From Candidatus Sericytochromatia bacterium (GTDB lineage: Bacteria; Cyanobacteriota; Sericytochromatia; S15B-MN24; JAQBPE01): a stretch of 64,000 nucleotides of DNA. This document shows, one piece after another, positions 45,806 to 55,318 of the stretch. The DNA lies in the NCBI GenBank assembly GCA_035284745.1, contig JAYKIL010000008.1, forward strand, positions 197,087 through 261,086. The letters run 5' to 3'. Numbering within the stretch: the first letter of the stretch is position 1; each line of letters opens with the position of its first letter. The notes below the pieces were generated by a model. It made no database searches and had not been told where the DNA came from. It worked only from the letters and a program-made list of their open reading frames with translations. Both the position numbers and the translations under genes were made by a program.

Positions 45806-46792
45806 GTGAGACGTCTCACGGTATTGGACGCAACAACCATTCGACAATCGCGTGTGGCTGCATTGCAATTTTTACACGAACCCGTTTTGTTTAATGAGGT
45901 CATTAGGCTTCTAGACCCTTGTCCCGGCGACGTTATTCTTGACGCAACCGTCGGCGGCGGAGGTCACGCGTCTGCCCTTTTAAAGGCAGTGGGGCCTCAA
46001 GGAAAGGTGATTGGTTTCGATCGCGACCCACGGGCGTTGACAGCAGCGGAGCAGCGGCTGGCCTCGGTCGGGAATCCTTTCGAACTTATCCACGCTCCGT
46101 TCGATGCGATGTCCCATCTCCCCCTTCCTCCCGTCGATAAGATTCTTTTTGACTTGGGAGTGTCTTCTCCTCAGCTTGATAGCGCCGAGCGTGGTTTCAG
46201 TTTTCGTCTGAAGGGTCCGCTTGATATGCGAATGGACCCCGCGACGCCCCAAGCGGCCCAGGATATCCTGCGGTGTGCAGAAGAATCGACATTGGCAGAT
46301 ATCTTCCACAAGTATGGGGAGGAACGGTATGCGAGGCGGATTGCTCGAGCCATTGTACGACATCGTCTTGAGCACCCCATTTGGTCGACCTCCACGGACT
46401 TCGCTCATTTTTTATCGCGTCTGATTCCCAGCAAGCCCGGTGGAATTCACCCGGCAACAAGAGTTTTTCAGGCGTTGCGGATTGCCGTAAATGATGAATT
46501 GGGCATGCTTGAACGCTCCCTTCCTACAGCGGTTGGCCTTTTGAGGCCGGGAGGGCGGGTCGGTGTGATCAGTTTTCATTCGTTAGAGGACCGCATCGTG
46601 AAACAGTTCTTTGCGCAAGAGTTCCAGGGTTGCACTTGCCCCCCCCGGCAACCCATTTGTACCTGCCAGCGTCAACCCTCGCTGGAACGTGTCACTCAAA
46701 AGCCGGTTGTAGCAGGGGAGGAGGAGCTTTCAAGGAATCCCCGGGCCCGCAGCGCGAAGCTCCGGGTTGCGAGGCGCTTACTTGCTCGGTAG
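45806..46792 (+). CDS. rsmH: 16S rRNA (cytosine1402-N4)-methyltransferase RsmH (MraW)
   Basis: HEPVLFNEV...LDATVGGGGHA SAM-binding signature. An alternative GTG start at 45854 would give a more typical ~312-aa protein. Confidence 0.85.
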   Translation: MRRLTVLDATTIRQSRVAALQFLHEPVLFNEVIRLLDPCPGDVILDATVGGGGHASALLKAVGPQGKVIGFDRDPRALTAAEQRLASVGNPFELIHAPFDAMSHLPLPPVDKILFDLGVSSPQLDSAERGFSFRLKGPLDMRMDPATPQAAQDILRCAEESTLADIFHKYGEERYARRIARAIVRHRLEHPIWSTSTDFAHFLSRLIPSKPGGIHPATRVFQALRIAVNDELGMLERSLPTAVGLLRPGGRVGVISFHSLEDRIVKQFFAQEFQGCTCPPRQPICTCQRQPSLERVTQKPVVAGEEELSRNPRARSAKLRVARRLLAR

Positions 46793-46795
46793 ACT

Positions 46796-47197
46796 ATGCC
46801 GTGGGGCATTAATGAGGTTATCGTGACTCAGTCGACACCAATCACGTCTTCCCGTTCCTACGAGCGGCGTTCATCACGAACCCGCTTCCCGCGTTCGTGG
46901 TGGATGCTGATGGCTTTTATGCTCTTTTCGGTGCTGGTGATGTATGTTCATACCGTCATCCAAGAAGCGAATTTGAATCGAATGAAAAAAGACATTGACG
47001 CGCTTCGTGAGGTGACCCTCAAGGACCGGATGCGGCTTGAAATGGCCCGAAACCCTCAGGTTATTGATAAAAAGGCAATTTTGATAGGAATGAAACAGCC
47101 CCAAGAGGTGGTGTATTTCAAAAAGCCTCTCAATTTACTGAGTTCCCGGGCGGGTGCCATCCCTCCTCGTCGACCCGTGGTGCAGGAAGGCTATTAG
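46796..47197 (+). CDS. ftsL: cell-division protein FtsL-like (single-TM coiled-coil)
   Basis: Position between rsmH and ftsI. One TM (WWMLMAFMLFSVLVMYV) followed by a coiled-coil. Confidence 0.55.
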   Translation: MPWGINEVIVTQSTPITSSRSYERRSSRTRFPRSWWMLMAFMLFSVLVMYVHTVIQEANLNRMKKDIDALREVTLKDRMRLEMARNPQVIDKKAILIGMKQPQEVVYFKKPLNLLSSRAGAIPPRRPVVQEGY

Positions 47198-47200
47198 ACA

Positions 47201-48955
47201 ATGCCAGCTCGCGCGCTCCTGCTCAAGCAGCGGGGCCTGTTGGTCTTGCGAGGCTTCTCTCTTGTCGCGTTTCTGCTTTTTGTTCGTCTGTTTTACCTCC
47301 AAGTGATTCAATCCTCGGAATTGAGCGGCCTCGCCAGAGCCCAACGAACAAAGTTTGTGGATCTCTCGGCAGTTCGAGGTGAGATTGTAGATCGTAACGG
47401 CAAGGCACTCGCGGCCTCAGTAGAGGCTTTTTCTGTGTATGCCAGTCCGCGGGACGCAAAAAAATTCAACCGAAAAGCGACGGCTGAACGATTGGCACCC
47501 GTGCTCAACGTTCCGCGGGCCGAGCTCGAGAGGAAGCTTGAAGGAAGAAATTTCCGTTGGTTGCTGCGATTGGCTGACGATCGTGTCTATCAGCGTATTC
47601 GTGCGCTCAAGTTGCCGGGCATTGGCGTGGTTCGTGAGAGCCGCCGCCTGTACCCGAAGGGACGTCTTGCAGCCACCCTGATTGGTTTCGTGGGCATTGA
47701 TAACCAAGGGCTCGCAGGCATTGAGCACGCTTTTGATAACGTATTGAGAGGGCCTCATCAAAAGGTGAGAGTTGAAGTGGATGCCTACGGCCGCGAGATA
47801 CTCAGGGAGGGAAGTAATACAGCGCTCGACTCGTATCTGTCGCGTGGCAGCCAAGTCGTTTTAACCATTGATGAAAACCTGCAACACGTTGCAGAGCGGG
47901 AGCTCGGTAAAACGTTAAGTGAGTCGGGTGCCTCTCGAGGCGCGGTCATCATTATGGACCCACGCAGGGGCGATTTGCTGGCTTTTGCGACCCTTCCCAC
48001 CTACGATCCCAACCGTTTTTCTCAGTATAGTTGGAACGATATTAAAAATTGGGCGGTCACAGACGTTTATGAGCCAGGTTCCACCTTTAAAAGTTTCTCT
48101 ATTGCAGCGGCGTTGAATGCACGTCGGTTAAATCCGAATCAGTCCATCTTGTGTCCGGAACAGGTCAAAATTGATGGCCGGGCCATTGCAGAGCACGACA
48201 AGGGCGTGGGGACCAGAAGCCTCACCGTCTCGGAAATTTTAGAGACAAGTTCCAATGTTGGAACCGTCAATATTGCGTTTCAGTTGCCTGCCTCCCAATT
48301 TCGCCAATTTCTTCAAAAAGCTGGTTTTGGTCAAAAGACCGGAAGCGGAATTTCAGGGGAATCCAATGGCATTCTTCCGCCCCTTCCGTGGCGACGTCTC
48401 ACCCACGCCACCGTGTCTTTCGGGCAAGGCATTTCTGTCACCCCGTTGCAGATCCTATCCGCCGCAGCCACCTTCGGTAATGGTGGGGTGCGTGTTGCCC
48501 CGCGTTTGATCGATCGCGTGGTTTCCAACAAAGGAGAGGTGCTTCAGACTTTTCCCGTCAAGGAGTACGGGCCGGTCATGACGCCGAATACGGCGGCAAC
48601 CGTGCTCAGCATGATGGAGCAGGTGGTTCTCAAAGGGACGGGGGTGGAGGCGGGTGTGTCCGGATACCGGGTTGCGGGAAAAACAGGAACTGCGCAAAGG
48701 GTTCGGGATGACGGCACAGGATATTCAAACGATGTAATTGCATCATTTATCGGCTATGCGCCCTTGCCCAACCCGCAGTTCGTCATCCTCACGTTGTTGG
48801 ATTCTCCGCGCAAAATTCATTGGGCCAGCCAGACTGCAGCCCCTCTGTTCTCCCGCGTCGCCGAAGAGGCTCTGCGTCAGTTTGGAACAGAGCCAACCGA
48901 GGCCATGTCCTCTCCGTTATCTGGCAAGTATCCCTCTCGCCGTCGCGTGGAATGA
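47201..48955 (+). CDS. ftsI: peptidoglycan D,D-transpeptidase FtsI (class B PBP)
   Basis: PBP dimerisation N-domain. Active-site STFK (EPGSTFKSF), SSN (ETSSNVG) and KTGT (AGKTGTAQ) motifs. Confidence 0.85.
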   Translation: MPARALLLKQRGLLVLRGFSLVAFLLFVRLFYLQVIQSSELSGLARAQRTKFVDLSAVRGEIVDRNGKALAASVEAFSVYASPRDAKKFNRKATAERLAPVLNVPRAELERKLEGRNFRWLLRLADDRVYQRIRALKLPGIGVVRESRRLYPKGRLAATLIGFVGIDNQGLAGIEHAFDNVLRGPHQKVRVEVDAYGREILREGSNTALDSYLSRGSQVVLTIDENLQHVAERELGKTLSESGASRGAVIIMDPRRGDLLAFATLPTYDPNRFSQYSWNDIKNWAVTDVYEPGSTFKSFSIAAALNARRLNPNQSILCPEQVKIDGRAIAEHDKGVGTRSLTVSEILETSSNVGTVNIAFQLPASQFRQFLQKAGFGQKTGSGISGESNGILPPLPWRRLTHATVSFGQGISVTPLQILSAAATFGNGGVRVAPRLIDRVVSNKGEVLQTFPVKEYGPVMTPNTAATVLSMMEQVVLKGTGVEAGVSGYRVAGKTGTAQRVRDDGTGYSNDVIASFIGYAPLPNPQFVILTLLDSPRKIHWASQTAAPLFSRVAEEALRQFGTEPTEAMSSPLSGKYPSRRRVE

Positions 48956-49013
48956 CGGGAAGTGGTTTTCGGGCAGTAGGAAGCTGTTTTGTTTTTCGGT
49001 GAGTGAGGTAGAG

Positions 49014-50411
49014 ATGTTCGGTTGGGAGGAGGCGTGTGAAATAGTCGGGGGCAATTTAACGGGGCCACCCGCCTCCGCGCCTTTCGACTCCGTGTCTATC
49101 GATACACGTCACCTCGTTCCTGGGGCGCTCTTTGCTTGCTTTCGCGGACACCTCGCCGACGGACATTCTTTCGCAACGCAGGCAGTCGAACGAGGAGCCA
49201 CCGGAATTTTGGCTGAGAACGATGGAGCGCTCAACCCTGGGCTCGATGTGCCGGTCATAAGGGTCGAAAACGTCCTTCTTGCTCTAGGAAAACTGGCGAA
49301 AGCCTGGCGTCACAAGTTGGATATGCGCGTGATTGCTATTACGGGTTCCTCCGGCAAAACGTCGACCAAGGAAATGATAGCCGCTTACCTCGGCAAATTT
49401 GCGAAGGTCGTGAAGACGGAAGGGAACCATAACAACGAACTCGGGGTGCCGCTGTCGCTCCTCTCCTTCCGACGGGAACATCGTTTCGGGATCATTGAAA
49501 TGGGGATGCGGGGGTCTGGCGAAATTGCTTACCTGACAGAGCTCGCAGAACCCGACGTGGGCGTGATCACCAACATCGGGACGGCACATATCGAGCGCCT
49601 GGGGTCTCAAGAGGCCATCATGGCGGCAAAAGCCGAGCTTTGGACGACCATGCCCGAACAATCAATCGCAATTGTCCCCCTCGACGATCCTTTCGCTTCG
49701 CAGGCCGCGGCAGGGCGGGCTGGCACCGCTGTCACATGGAGTTTGAATGATCCTGCTGCGACGGTATGGGCCAGTGATGTCCAGTCGTCGGCCCGGGGCG
49801 GCCAGGTGTTCACCGTGTACTGGAAGGGAGAGGGTGAGAAACCCTTCGGGCGTTCAGAGGTGAAGCTGCCCTTCTGGGGAGAGCATCACCGCAGCAATGC
49901 GCTCGCCGCCTTGGCGGTGGGGTGGGCCCTCGGGCTTCTACCTGATGCCCGACTCGAACTGACGCCCGACCTACTGCCCGGCCGATCGCGCCAGATGGAT
50001 TGGAACGGGATATCGATCCTGGATGACAGCTACAATGCGAACCCTGAAAGCATGAGAGCAGCACTCAGTGCATTCTGTGAGACCCGTCAGAGCGGCAGGA
50101 AGTTTGCGGCCTTGGGGGCAATGGCTGAACTGGGATCCTTATCCCGAGCGGCCCACCAAGAGATAGGCCAGTTGGCCGAGGCTCTTGGATTGGATGGCCT
50201 CATACTTGTGGGCGAGGGGGCGAAAGCATATGCGGCACACGGCCCCACCCAGTTTCCAGTTGTATTTTGCCACGATGCACAAGAGGCCGCAGCGTATATT
50301 TCGCGCCACTTGCGCCCGGGAGATCGTCTTTTGCTCAAGGCCTCGCGCTCTGTTGGTATCGAGAAACTTATCGACGCCCTTCCTCGCTCGGACCAAGGTG
50401 GTTGGCAATGA
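49014..50411 (+). CDS. murF: UDP-N-acetylmuramoyl-tripeptide--D-alanyl-D-alanine ligase
   Basis: Mur ligase P-loop ITGSSGKTSTKEM. Start reassigned to ATG 49014 (MFGWEEACEIVGG) with GAGG RBS. The listed 48738 start is an upstream in-frame extension overlapping ftsI. Confidence 0.85.
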   Translation: MFGWEEACEIVGGNLTGPPASAPFDSVSIDTRHLVPGALFACFRGHLADGHSFATQAVERGATGILAENDGALNPGLDVPVIRVENVLLALGKLAKAWRHKLDMRVIAITGSSGKTSTKEMIAAYLGKFAKVVKTEGNHNNELGVPLSLLSFRREHRFGIIEMGMRGSGEIAYLTELAEPDVGVITNIGTAHIERLGSQEAIMAAKAELWTTMPEQSIAIVPLDDPFASQAAAGRAGTAVTWSLNDPAATVWASDVQSSARGGQVFTVYWKGEGEKPFGRSEVKLPFWGEHHRSNALAALAVGWALGLLPDARLELTPDLLPGRSRQMDWNGISILDDSYNANPESMRAALSAFCETRQSGRKFAALGAMAELGSLSRAAHQEIGQLAEALGLDGLILVGEGAKAYAAHGPTQFPVVFCHDAQEAAAYISRHLRPGDRLLLKASRSVGIEKLIDALPRSDQGGWQ

Positions 50412-51406
50412 TTTTGGAGCCGCTTCAAACGTCGTTCTTGGCTTTAACCTTTTGTTTTTTTCTATCTTTGTGGTCCGGGCCCGGGTTGATTTCGTGGCTC
50501 AAAGCGATCAAATTTGGGCAGGTGATTCGCGAAGAAGGTCCTGAGGCTCACAAGGCAAAGTCTGGCACTCCCAGCATGGGAGGCGTGTTGATCTTCTTCC
50601 CATTGGTGCTTGTCCTTGCGCTGATTCGCCCGGGTAGTTACGAAATTTGGCTATTACTGGGGTTGTGTTGCGCCTATGCAGCCCTCGGCTTCCTGGACGA
50701 CTGGCTGATCATTCGTCGGCAAACGAACAAAGGGTTAACGGCCAGGCAGAAGCTTTTCGGGCAGACGCTTTTCGCCGTGTTATTCGCCAGCGGACTCTGG
50801 GGGCTGGGTTGGCGACCGGAGGTCATACTCCCGTCTTTCATTCCCGAGCGTTCATTGGAAATGGGTTTACTCTATTGGCCTTGGATTGTTTTTCTCATCG
50901 TAGGAACAGCCAATGCTGTGAATTTGACGGACGGGCTCGATGGCCTTGCGGTCAGTACTGTCTCTTTGGCTGTTGTCGGCCTTGCTGCACTGCTGATCGC
51001 AATAAATTACCAAACTATGGCTCCTGCCCAGTCAGATACTCTGGTGTTTCTTGGTGCGCTGTTAGGGGGCTGCCTTGGTTTTCTCTGGTTCAATGCCTAT
51101 CCTGCCTCGGTTTTTATGGGTGATACCGGTTCATTGGGTCTGGGGGCGGCATTGGCGGGGGTCTCAATCATCAGTCATTTGGACCTCGCGCTGGCATTGG
51201 TGGGAGCCATATTCGTCGTTGAAACGCTTTCAGTTATGGCTCAAGTGTCCTATTTTAAATGGACGAAAGGCAAGCGACTGCTGAAGATGAGTCCGTTGCA
51301 CCATCATTTGGAGCTCAGCGGATGGCAAGAGACCAAAGTGGTCGCACGTTTTTCCCTGGCGACCATCCTGTGTACGATAGGGGCCTTCGCACTGTTTGTA
51401 CGTTAA
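50408..51406 (+). CDS. mraY: phospho-N-acetylmuramoyl-pentapeptide transferase
   Basis: Start ATG 50408 overlapping murF stop (ATGA). Motifs SGTPSMGG, NAVNLTDGLDGLA, HHHLEL. Confidence 0.9.
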   Translation: MILEPLQTSFLALTFCFFLSLWSGPGLISWLKAIKFGQVIREEGPEAHKAKSGTPSMGGVLIFFPLVLVLALIRPGSYEIWLLLGLCCAYAALGFLDDWLIIRRQTNKGLTARQKLFGQTLFAVLFASGLWGLGWRPEVILPSFIPERSLEMGLLYWPWIVFLIVGTANAVNLTDGLDGLAVSTVSLAVVGLAALLIAINYQTMAPAQSDTLVFLGALLGGCLGFLWFNAYPASVFMGDTGSLGLGAALAGVSIISHLDLALALVGAIFVVETLSVMAQVSYFKWTKGKRLLKMSPLHHHLELSGWQETKVVARFSLATILCTIGAFALFVR

Positions 51407-52853
51407 GGTATTGATTGAATCTGGACTTGCCGAGAGAGATAGAAAGAGTCACTGCGTGGATTGGAACGACAAGACGGTAACGATACTGGGCCTGGGGCGG
51501 AGTGGCATTGCCTGCGCGCGTGAACTGGCCGCAAAGGGGTGTCATCTCATCCTCAGCGACACGCGTGCCACCGCGGAGATCGCGCCCCTGGTAGCAGATA
51601 TTGACGCGACAGATATTCGCATTGAGGGCGGTGGTCACTCCAGTGCTTGCCTCGATGCGGATGTCATCGTTATTTCCCCCGGGGTGCCGATCGATCTCCC
51701 TATCGTGCAAGCTGCATTGGCTGACGGCGTCCCCGTGCTGGGGGAAATGGAATTGGCGTATCTTTTGCGTCCTGAATTACCTTACATCGCCATCACGGGA
51801 ACCAATGGCAAAACAACGACCACCACTTTGGTGGGTGCTTTACTCGAGTCCGCGGGCATCCAGTGCTTGGTGGGGGGAAATATTGGAACCCCACTCATTT
51901 CGATGTTGCGGGATCCTGCCGAGATGATCGTTGCAGAAGTGAGTTCATTTCAACTGGAGACGGTGGAGACGTTTCGGCCAAAGGTTGCCGCATTCCTTAA
52001 TTTTACCGATGACCACTTGAATCGCCATGGCACCCGAGAGACGTATTGGCAGGCAAAAACACGCATTTTTAATGCTCAAACGTCAGACGATTGGGTCGTT
52101 CTGAACATGGACGACCCCCACGTGGCGACCCTTTCTGGAACCCTGAACGCCCGGGAGTTTAATTTTTCATTGGAGCGTCCTCTAGGCAGGGGCGTTTACA
52201 TTCAAAATGATTGGATTGTGGTCGGGTCGGAACTGGGCGTGCTCCCCGTGATGCCTGTTTCAGAAATTCAACTCAGGGGTCAACACAATCTCCAAAATGT
52301 CCTTGCCGCCATCGCGATTGCAGGGGCTCTTGCGTTGAAGGTGGAACCCGTGCGGAATGCGGTGGGTCGTTTTGCCGGTGTGGAACACCGCATTGAGCCG
52401 GTCCGCACCGTGGCCGAGGTTCAATGGGTGAACGACAGTAAGGGGACTAACTATGCTTCCTCATGTCAGGCCATTGCGTCTTTTTCGGAGCCACTGGTTT
52501 TGATTGCGGGGGGGCGTGACAAAGGCGGGGCGATACAGGATTGGGTCGAAGCCATCCGAAAAAAAGTGCGTCACGTTGTGTTAATGGGGGAGGCTGCCCC
52601 ATATTTCGAACGCGTTTTGAGACAGGCCGATTTTCCCGAACTCACCCCAGTAAAGACTCTGGAGGAGGCTGTTGCGCGCGCCAGACAAATCGCGCTGCCC
52701 GGCGAGGTGGTACTCTTCTCTCCGGCTTGCACCAGCTTTGACCTTTACAATAACTACGAGGAACGTGGTCGTGCATTCAAATCCCTTGTCGATGCCCTCG
52801 AGCCCAACGCCCCCGCCACGGCGGAGTCGTTCGCCGAAGGGGGCGCAAGTTGA
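51396..52853 (+). CDS. murD: UDP-N-acetylmuramoylalanine--D-glutamate ligase
   Basis: N-terminal Rossmann VTILGLGRSGIA. Mur ligase P-loop ITGTNGKTTTTTL. Exact start uncertain (it overlaps the mraY end). Confidence 0.85.
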   Translation: MYVKVLIESGLAERDRKSHCVDWNDKTVTILGLGRSGIACARELAAKGCHLILSDTRATAEIAPLVADIDATDIRIEGGGHSSACLDADVIVISPGVPIDLPIVQAALADGVPVLGEMELAYLLRPELPYIAITGTNGKTTTTTLVGALLESAGIQCLVGGNIGTPLISMLRDPAEMIVAEVSSFQLETVETFRPKVAAFLNFTDDHLNRHGTRETYWQAKTRIFNAQTSDDWVVLNMDDPHVATLSGTLNAREFNFSLERPLGRGVYIQNDWIVVGSELGVLPVMPVSEIQLRGQHNLQNVLAAIAIAGALALKVEPVRNAVGRFAGVEHRIEPVRTVAEVQWVNDSKGTNYASSCQAIASFSEPLVLIAGGRDKGGAIQDWVEAIRKKVRHVVLMGEAAPYFERVLRQADFPELTPVKTLEEAVARARQIALPGEVVLFSPACTSFDLYNNYEERGRAFKSLVDALEPNAPATAESFAEGGAS

Positions 52854-53985
52854 TATCAGTTTGCTGGTGGCTGTCACCCTGTTGCTGGCCTGGGGTCTTC
52901 TTTCGATATTGAGTGCGAGCGCCCCGGTTGCCGAAAATGAACTGCAGCACAGTTTGTATTATGTGCAACGGCAGGGCACGTGGGCCGTTTTTGGATTTGT
53001 GGCGTTGCTCTGCGGGACCTTTTTTAAGCTGTCGTGGATGCGCGGGCTTGCTCGTTTTGGGTTAATTTTGACCGCTGTCCTGTTGCTCTCGACCCATATT
53101 CCTGGGCTTGGGGTGACTGAACTCGGTTCGAGCCGTTGGCTTCGCTTCGGCCCCATCTCGGTACAGCCCTCTGAGATTGCAAAGGTATCGCTTGCTTTTT
53201 ATCTTGCAGATCTTCTGGCGCGGCGATGGAACACCGGCTGGACCATCAGAGCCCTGAGGCAGGTGTTTGTTCCTGTCGCGGGGATTCTGGGCCTGGTCCT
53301 CCTTCAGCCGGATCTGGGAACGACCATTGTATTGGCGCTGTCAGTTTTTATTTTGCTCTTTTGCAGCGGTGTCAGCGCTACATGGCTGCTTTCGACGGCA
53401 GGAATGGCAGGGGTGGGTGTGCTATATCTCAGCTGGATAACACCGTACCAGAAACAACGCTGGCAGGGGTTTCTCGACCCCTGGGCCGATCCGCAAGGGG
53501 TTGGATATCAACTGGTTCAATCCCTGATGGCGATTGGCTCTGGCGGTGTGTTCGGACAAGGCTGGGGTCAAAGTAAACAAAAGCTTTTTTACCTTCCGAT
53601 TCAATATTCTGATTTCATTTTCGCCGTGATGGCCGAAGAGTTGGGGCTGATTGGCGGTGGGGCCTTGCTTTTGCTCTTTCTTTTCCTCGCTTGGCGAGGT
53701 ATCTCAATTTCCCTGCAAGCCCGCGATCCTTTTGCCTCTCTTTTGGGAATCGGATTGACTGCTATCATTGTCGCCCAGGCCTTCATCAATATCGGTGTTG
53801 TGACAGCAAGCCTTCCCACGACAGGTATCCCGCTCCCTTTTATGAGCTTTGGGGGCACCTCCCTGACGGTCACAATGTTCGCTGTCGGCGTGTTACTCAA
53901 TATCAGTCGTAACAATGCACGAAATACCTGGTTGGAGGCCCAAGACCAAGAGAACGGCGATGCCCGGGATGGCTTGACGGCCTAG
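52792..53985 (+). CDS. ftsW: SEDS-family peptidoglycan glycosyltransferase FtsW
   Basis: 10-TM SEDS layout. N-terminal D-x-LL-x-LLLAWGLLSILSAS. Start chosen at in-frame ATG 52792. TTG 52861 / GTG 52867 are alternatives. Confidence 0.8.
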   Translation: MPSSPTPPPRRSRSPKGAQVDISLLVAVTLLLAWGLLSILSASAPVAENELQHSLYYVQRQGTWAVFGFVALLCGTFFKLSWMRGLARFGLILTAVLLLSTHIPGLGVTELGSSRWLRFGPISVQPSEIAKVSLAFYLADLLARRWNTGWTIRALRQVFVPVAGILGLVLLQPDLGTTIVLALSVFILLFCSGVSATWLLSTAGMAGVGVLYLSWITPYQKQRWQGFLDPWADPQGVGYQLVQSLMAIGSGGVFGQGWGQSKQKLFYLPIQYSDFIFAVMAEELGLIGGGALLLLFLFLAWRGISISLQARDPFASLLGIGLTAIIVAQAFINIGVVTASLPTTGIPLPFMSFGGTSLTVTMFAVGVLLNISRNNARNTWLEAQDQENGDARDGLTA

Positions 53986-54023
53986 TTTTAAAGAATCAAT
54001 ACCGAGGGGGCATAGAGCGGTTT

Positions 54024-55130
54024 GTGAGCGACATCATTCTAACAGGGGGCGGCACTGGGGGGCACGTTTATCCGGCCTTGGCAGTGGCCCATTCAATCAA
54101 CGTGCAATCACCTGGGGCATCCATTCTTTTCGTAGGGACGCCGGATCGTCTAGAGGCCCGAGTCGTCCCCGAGGCCGGCTTTCGATTTTTCCCCATTTCC
54201 TCTCGGGGCTTTACCGGAGGCCCCAGAGAGGTCCTTCGAACGCTGGTCTCGCTGTTTTCGGCATACCGAAAGGCAAGAGAACTGCTCCTTCGAGAACGGC
54301 CCTATGTTGTTCTGGGAACGGGAGGCTATGTCAGCGCGCCGGTCCTCTTGGCCGCGCGTGGTTTGGGGATTCCATTTTTTCTTCACGAACAAAATGTCGT
54401 TCCTGGAAAAGTGAATCGCGTGCTAGGGCATTGGGCTCGGCGTGTCTACACCTCTCTTCCGGGCAGCGAAAAATATTTACCCAAAGGGAAAGTCACGCTC
54501 ATCGGTAATCCGGTGCGTAAATCAGCATCCTGCGATTCACCCCGAACGGCCAAAGGGAAGTTAGGATTTCCATTGGATGCACCGCTTTTGCTTGTGACGG
54601 GTGGCTCACAAGGAGCCCGACGCATCAATGAGGCGGTGGCCGGTCTTCTGGGTGAACTTTTGGAAAAAACGAATTGGTCCGTTTGTCTGATTTGCGGGCC
54701 CGCTCAATTTGAATCAACGCATCGACTGGTGCACCAATACCTCGGTGAGAGACTTCAGTTGCACGCATATTTTGACCAAATGCCGACCGCCTTGTTCGCG
54801 TGCGATCTCGCCATTGCGCGCGCGGGGGCAACAACTCTGGCTGAGTTGACCACCTTTGGCAAGCCAATGGTGTTGGTACCTTACCCTTATGCCGGCGGCC
54901 ACCAAAAATTTAATGCAGCCGCCGTGACGGCGGCGGGGGCGGGAATATGTTTGACAGACGAAGACTGTTCTGTGGAAAACCTCGCAAAAGTACTGGTTCC
55001 GCTGCTCTCCGACTCTGAAAAGCTGATTAAGATGGCAGCAAACAGCATGGCTTTTGGCCGACCCAATGCCGCGGAAGAACTGGCAAGAGAAGTACTTCAG
55101 TGCTTGAAATCAGTCCAGGAGGGACGATGA
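54024..55130 (+). CDS. murG: UDP-GlcNAc:undecaprenyl-PP-MurNAc-pentapeptide GlcNAc transferase
   Basis: N-terminal GGGTGGHVYPALAVA, GT28 C-terminal domain. 368 aa. Confidence 0.85.
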   Translation: MSDIILTGGGTGGHVYPALAVAHSINVQSPGASILFVGTPDRLEARVVPEAGFRFFPISSRGFTGGPREVLRTLVSLFSAYRKARELLLRERPYVVLGTGGYVSAPVLLAARGLGIPFFLHEQNVVPGKVNRVLGHWARRVYTSLPGSEKYLPKGKVTLIGNPVRKSASCDSPRTAKGKLGFPLDAPLLLVTGGSQGARRINEAVAGLLGELLEKTNWSVCLICGPAQFESTHRLVHQYLGERLQLHAYFDQMPTALFACDLAIARAGATTLAELTTFGKPMVLVPYPYAGGHQKFNAAAVTAAGAGICLTDEDCSVENLAKVLVPLLSDSEKLIKMAANSMAFGRPNAAEELAREVLQCLKSVQEGR

Positions 55131-55318
55131 GTGACTGTCTGTGCAGCCTGGCTAGGCCGTGTTCTATCAGGTATTCTGTTTCATGTCAGTTATCTGGCAT
55201 ATTCCGCAGCCCGCTCGCACACGTGACGGCCGTGGCGGGTGACGCGAAACACGACTGGATGCCGTAAAGCCGGTCATAATGGATTGTTCCCAGCCCCACA
55301 AGTAAGGATTCCGCTCCC

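Noticed and set aside
48738-49013. Upstream 92-codon extension of the murF ORF
   Set aside because: It overlaps the ftsI 3' end in another frame. The ATG at 49014 has an RBS and gives a canonical MurF N-terminus.
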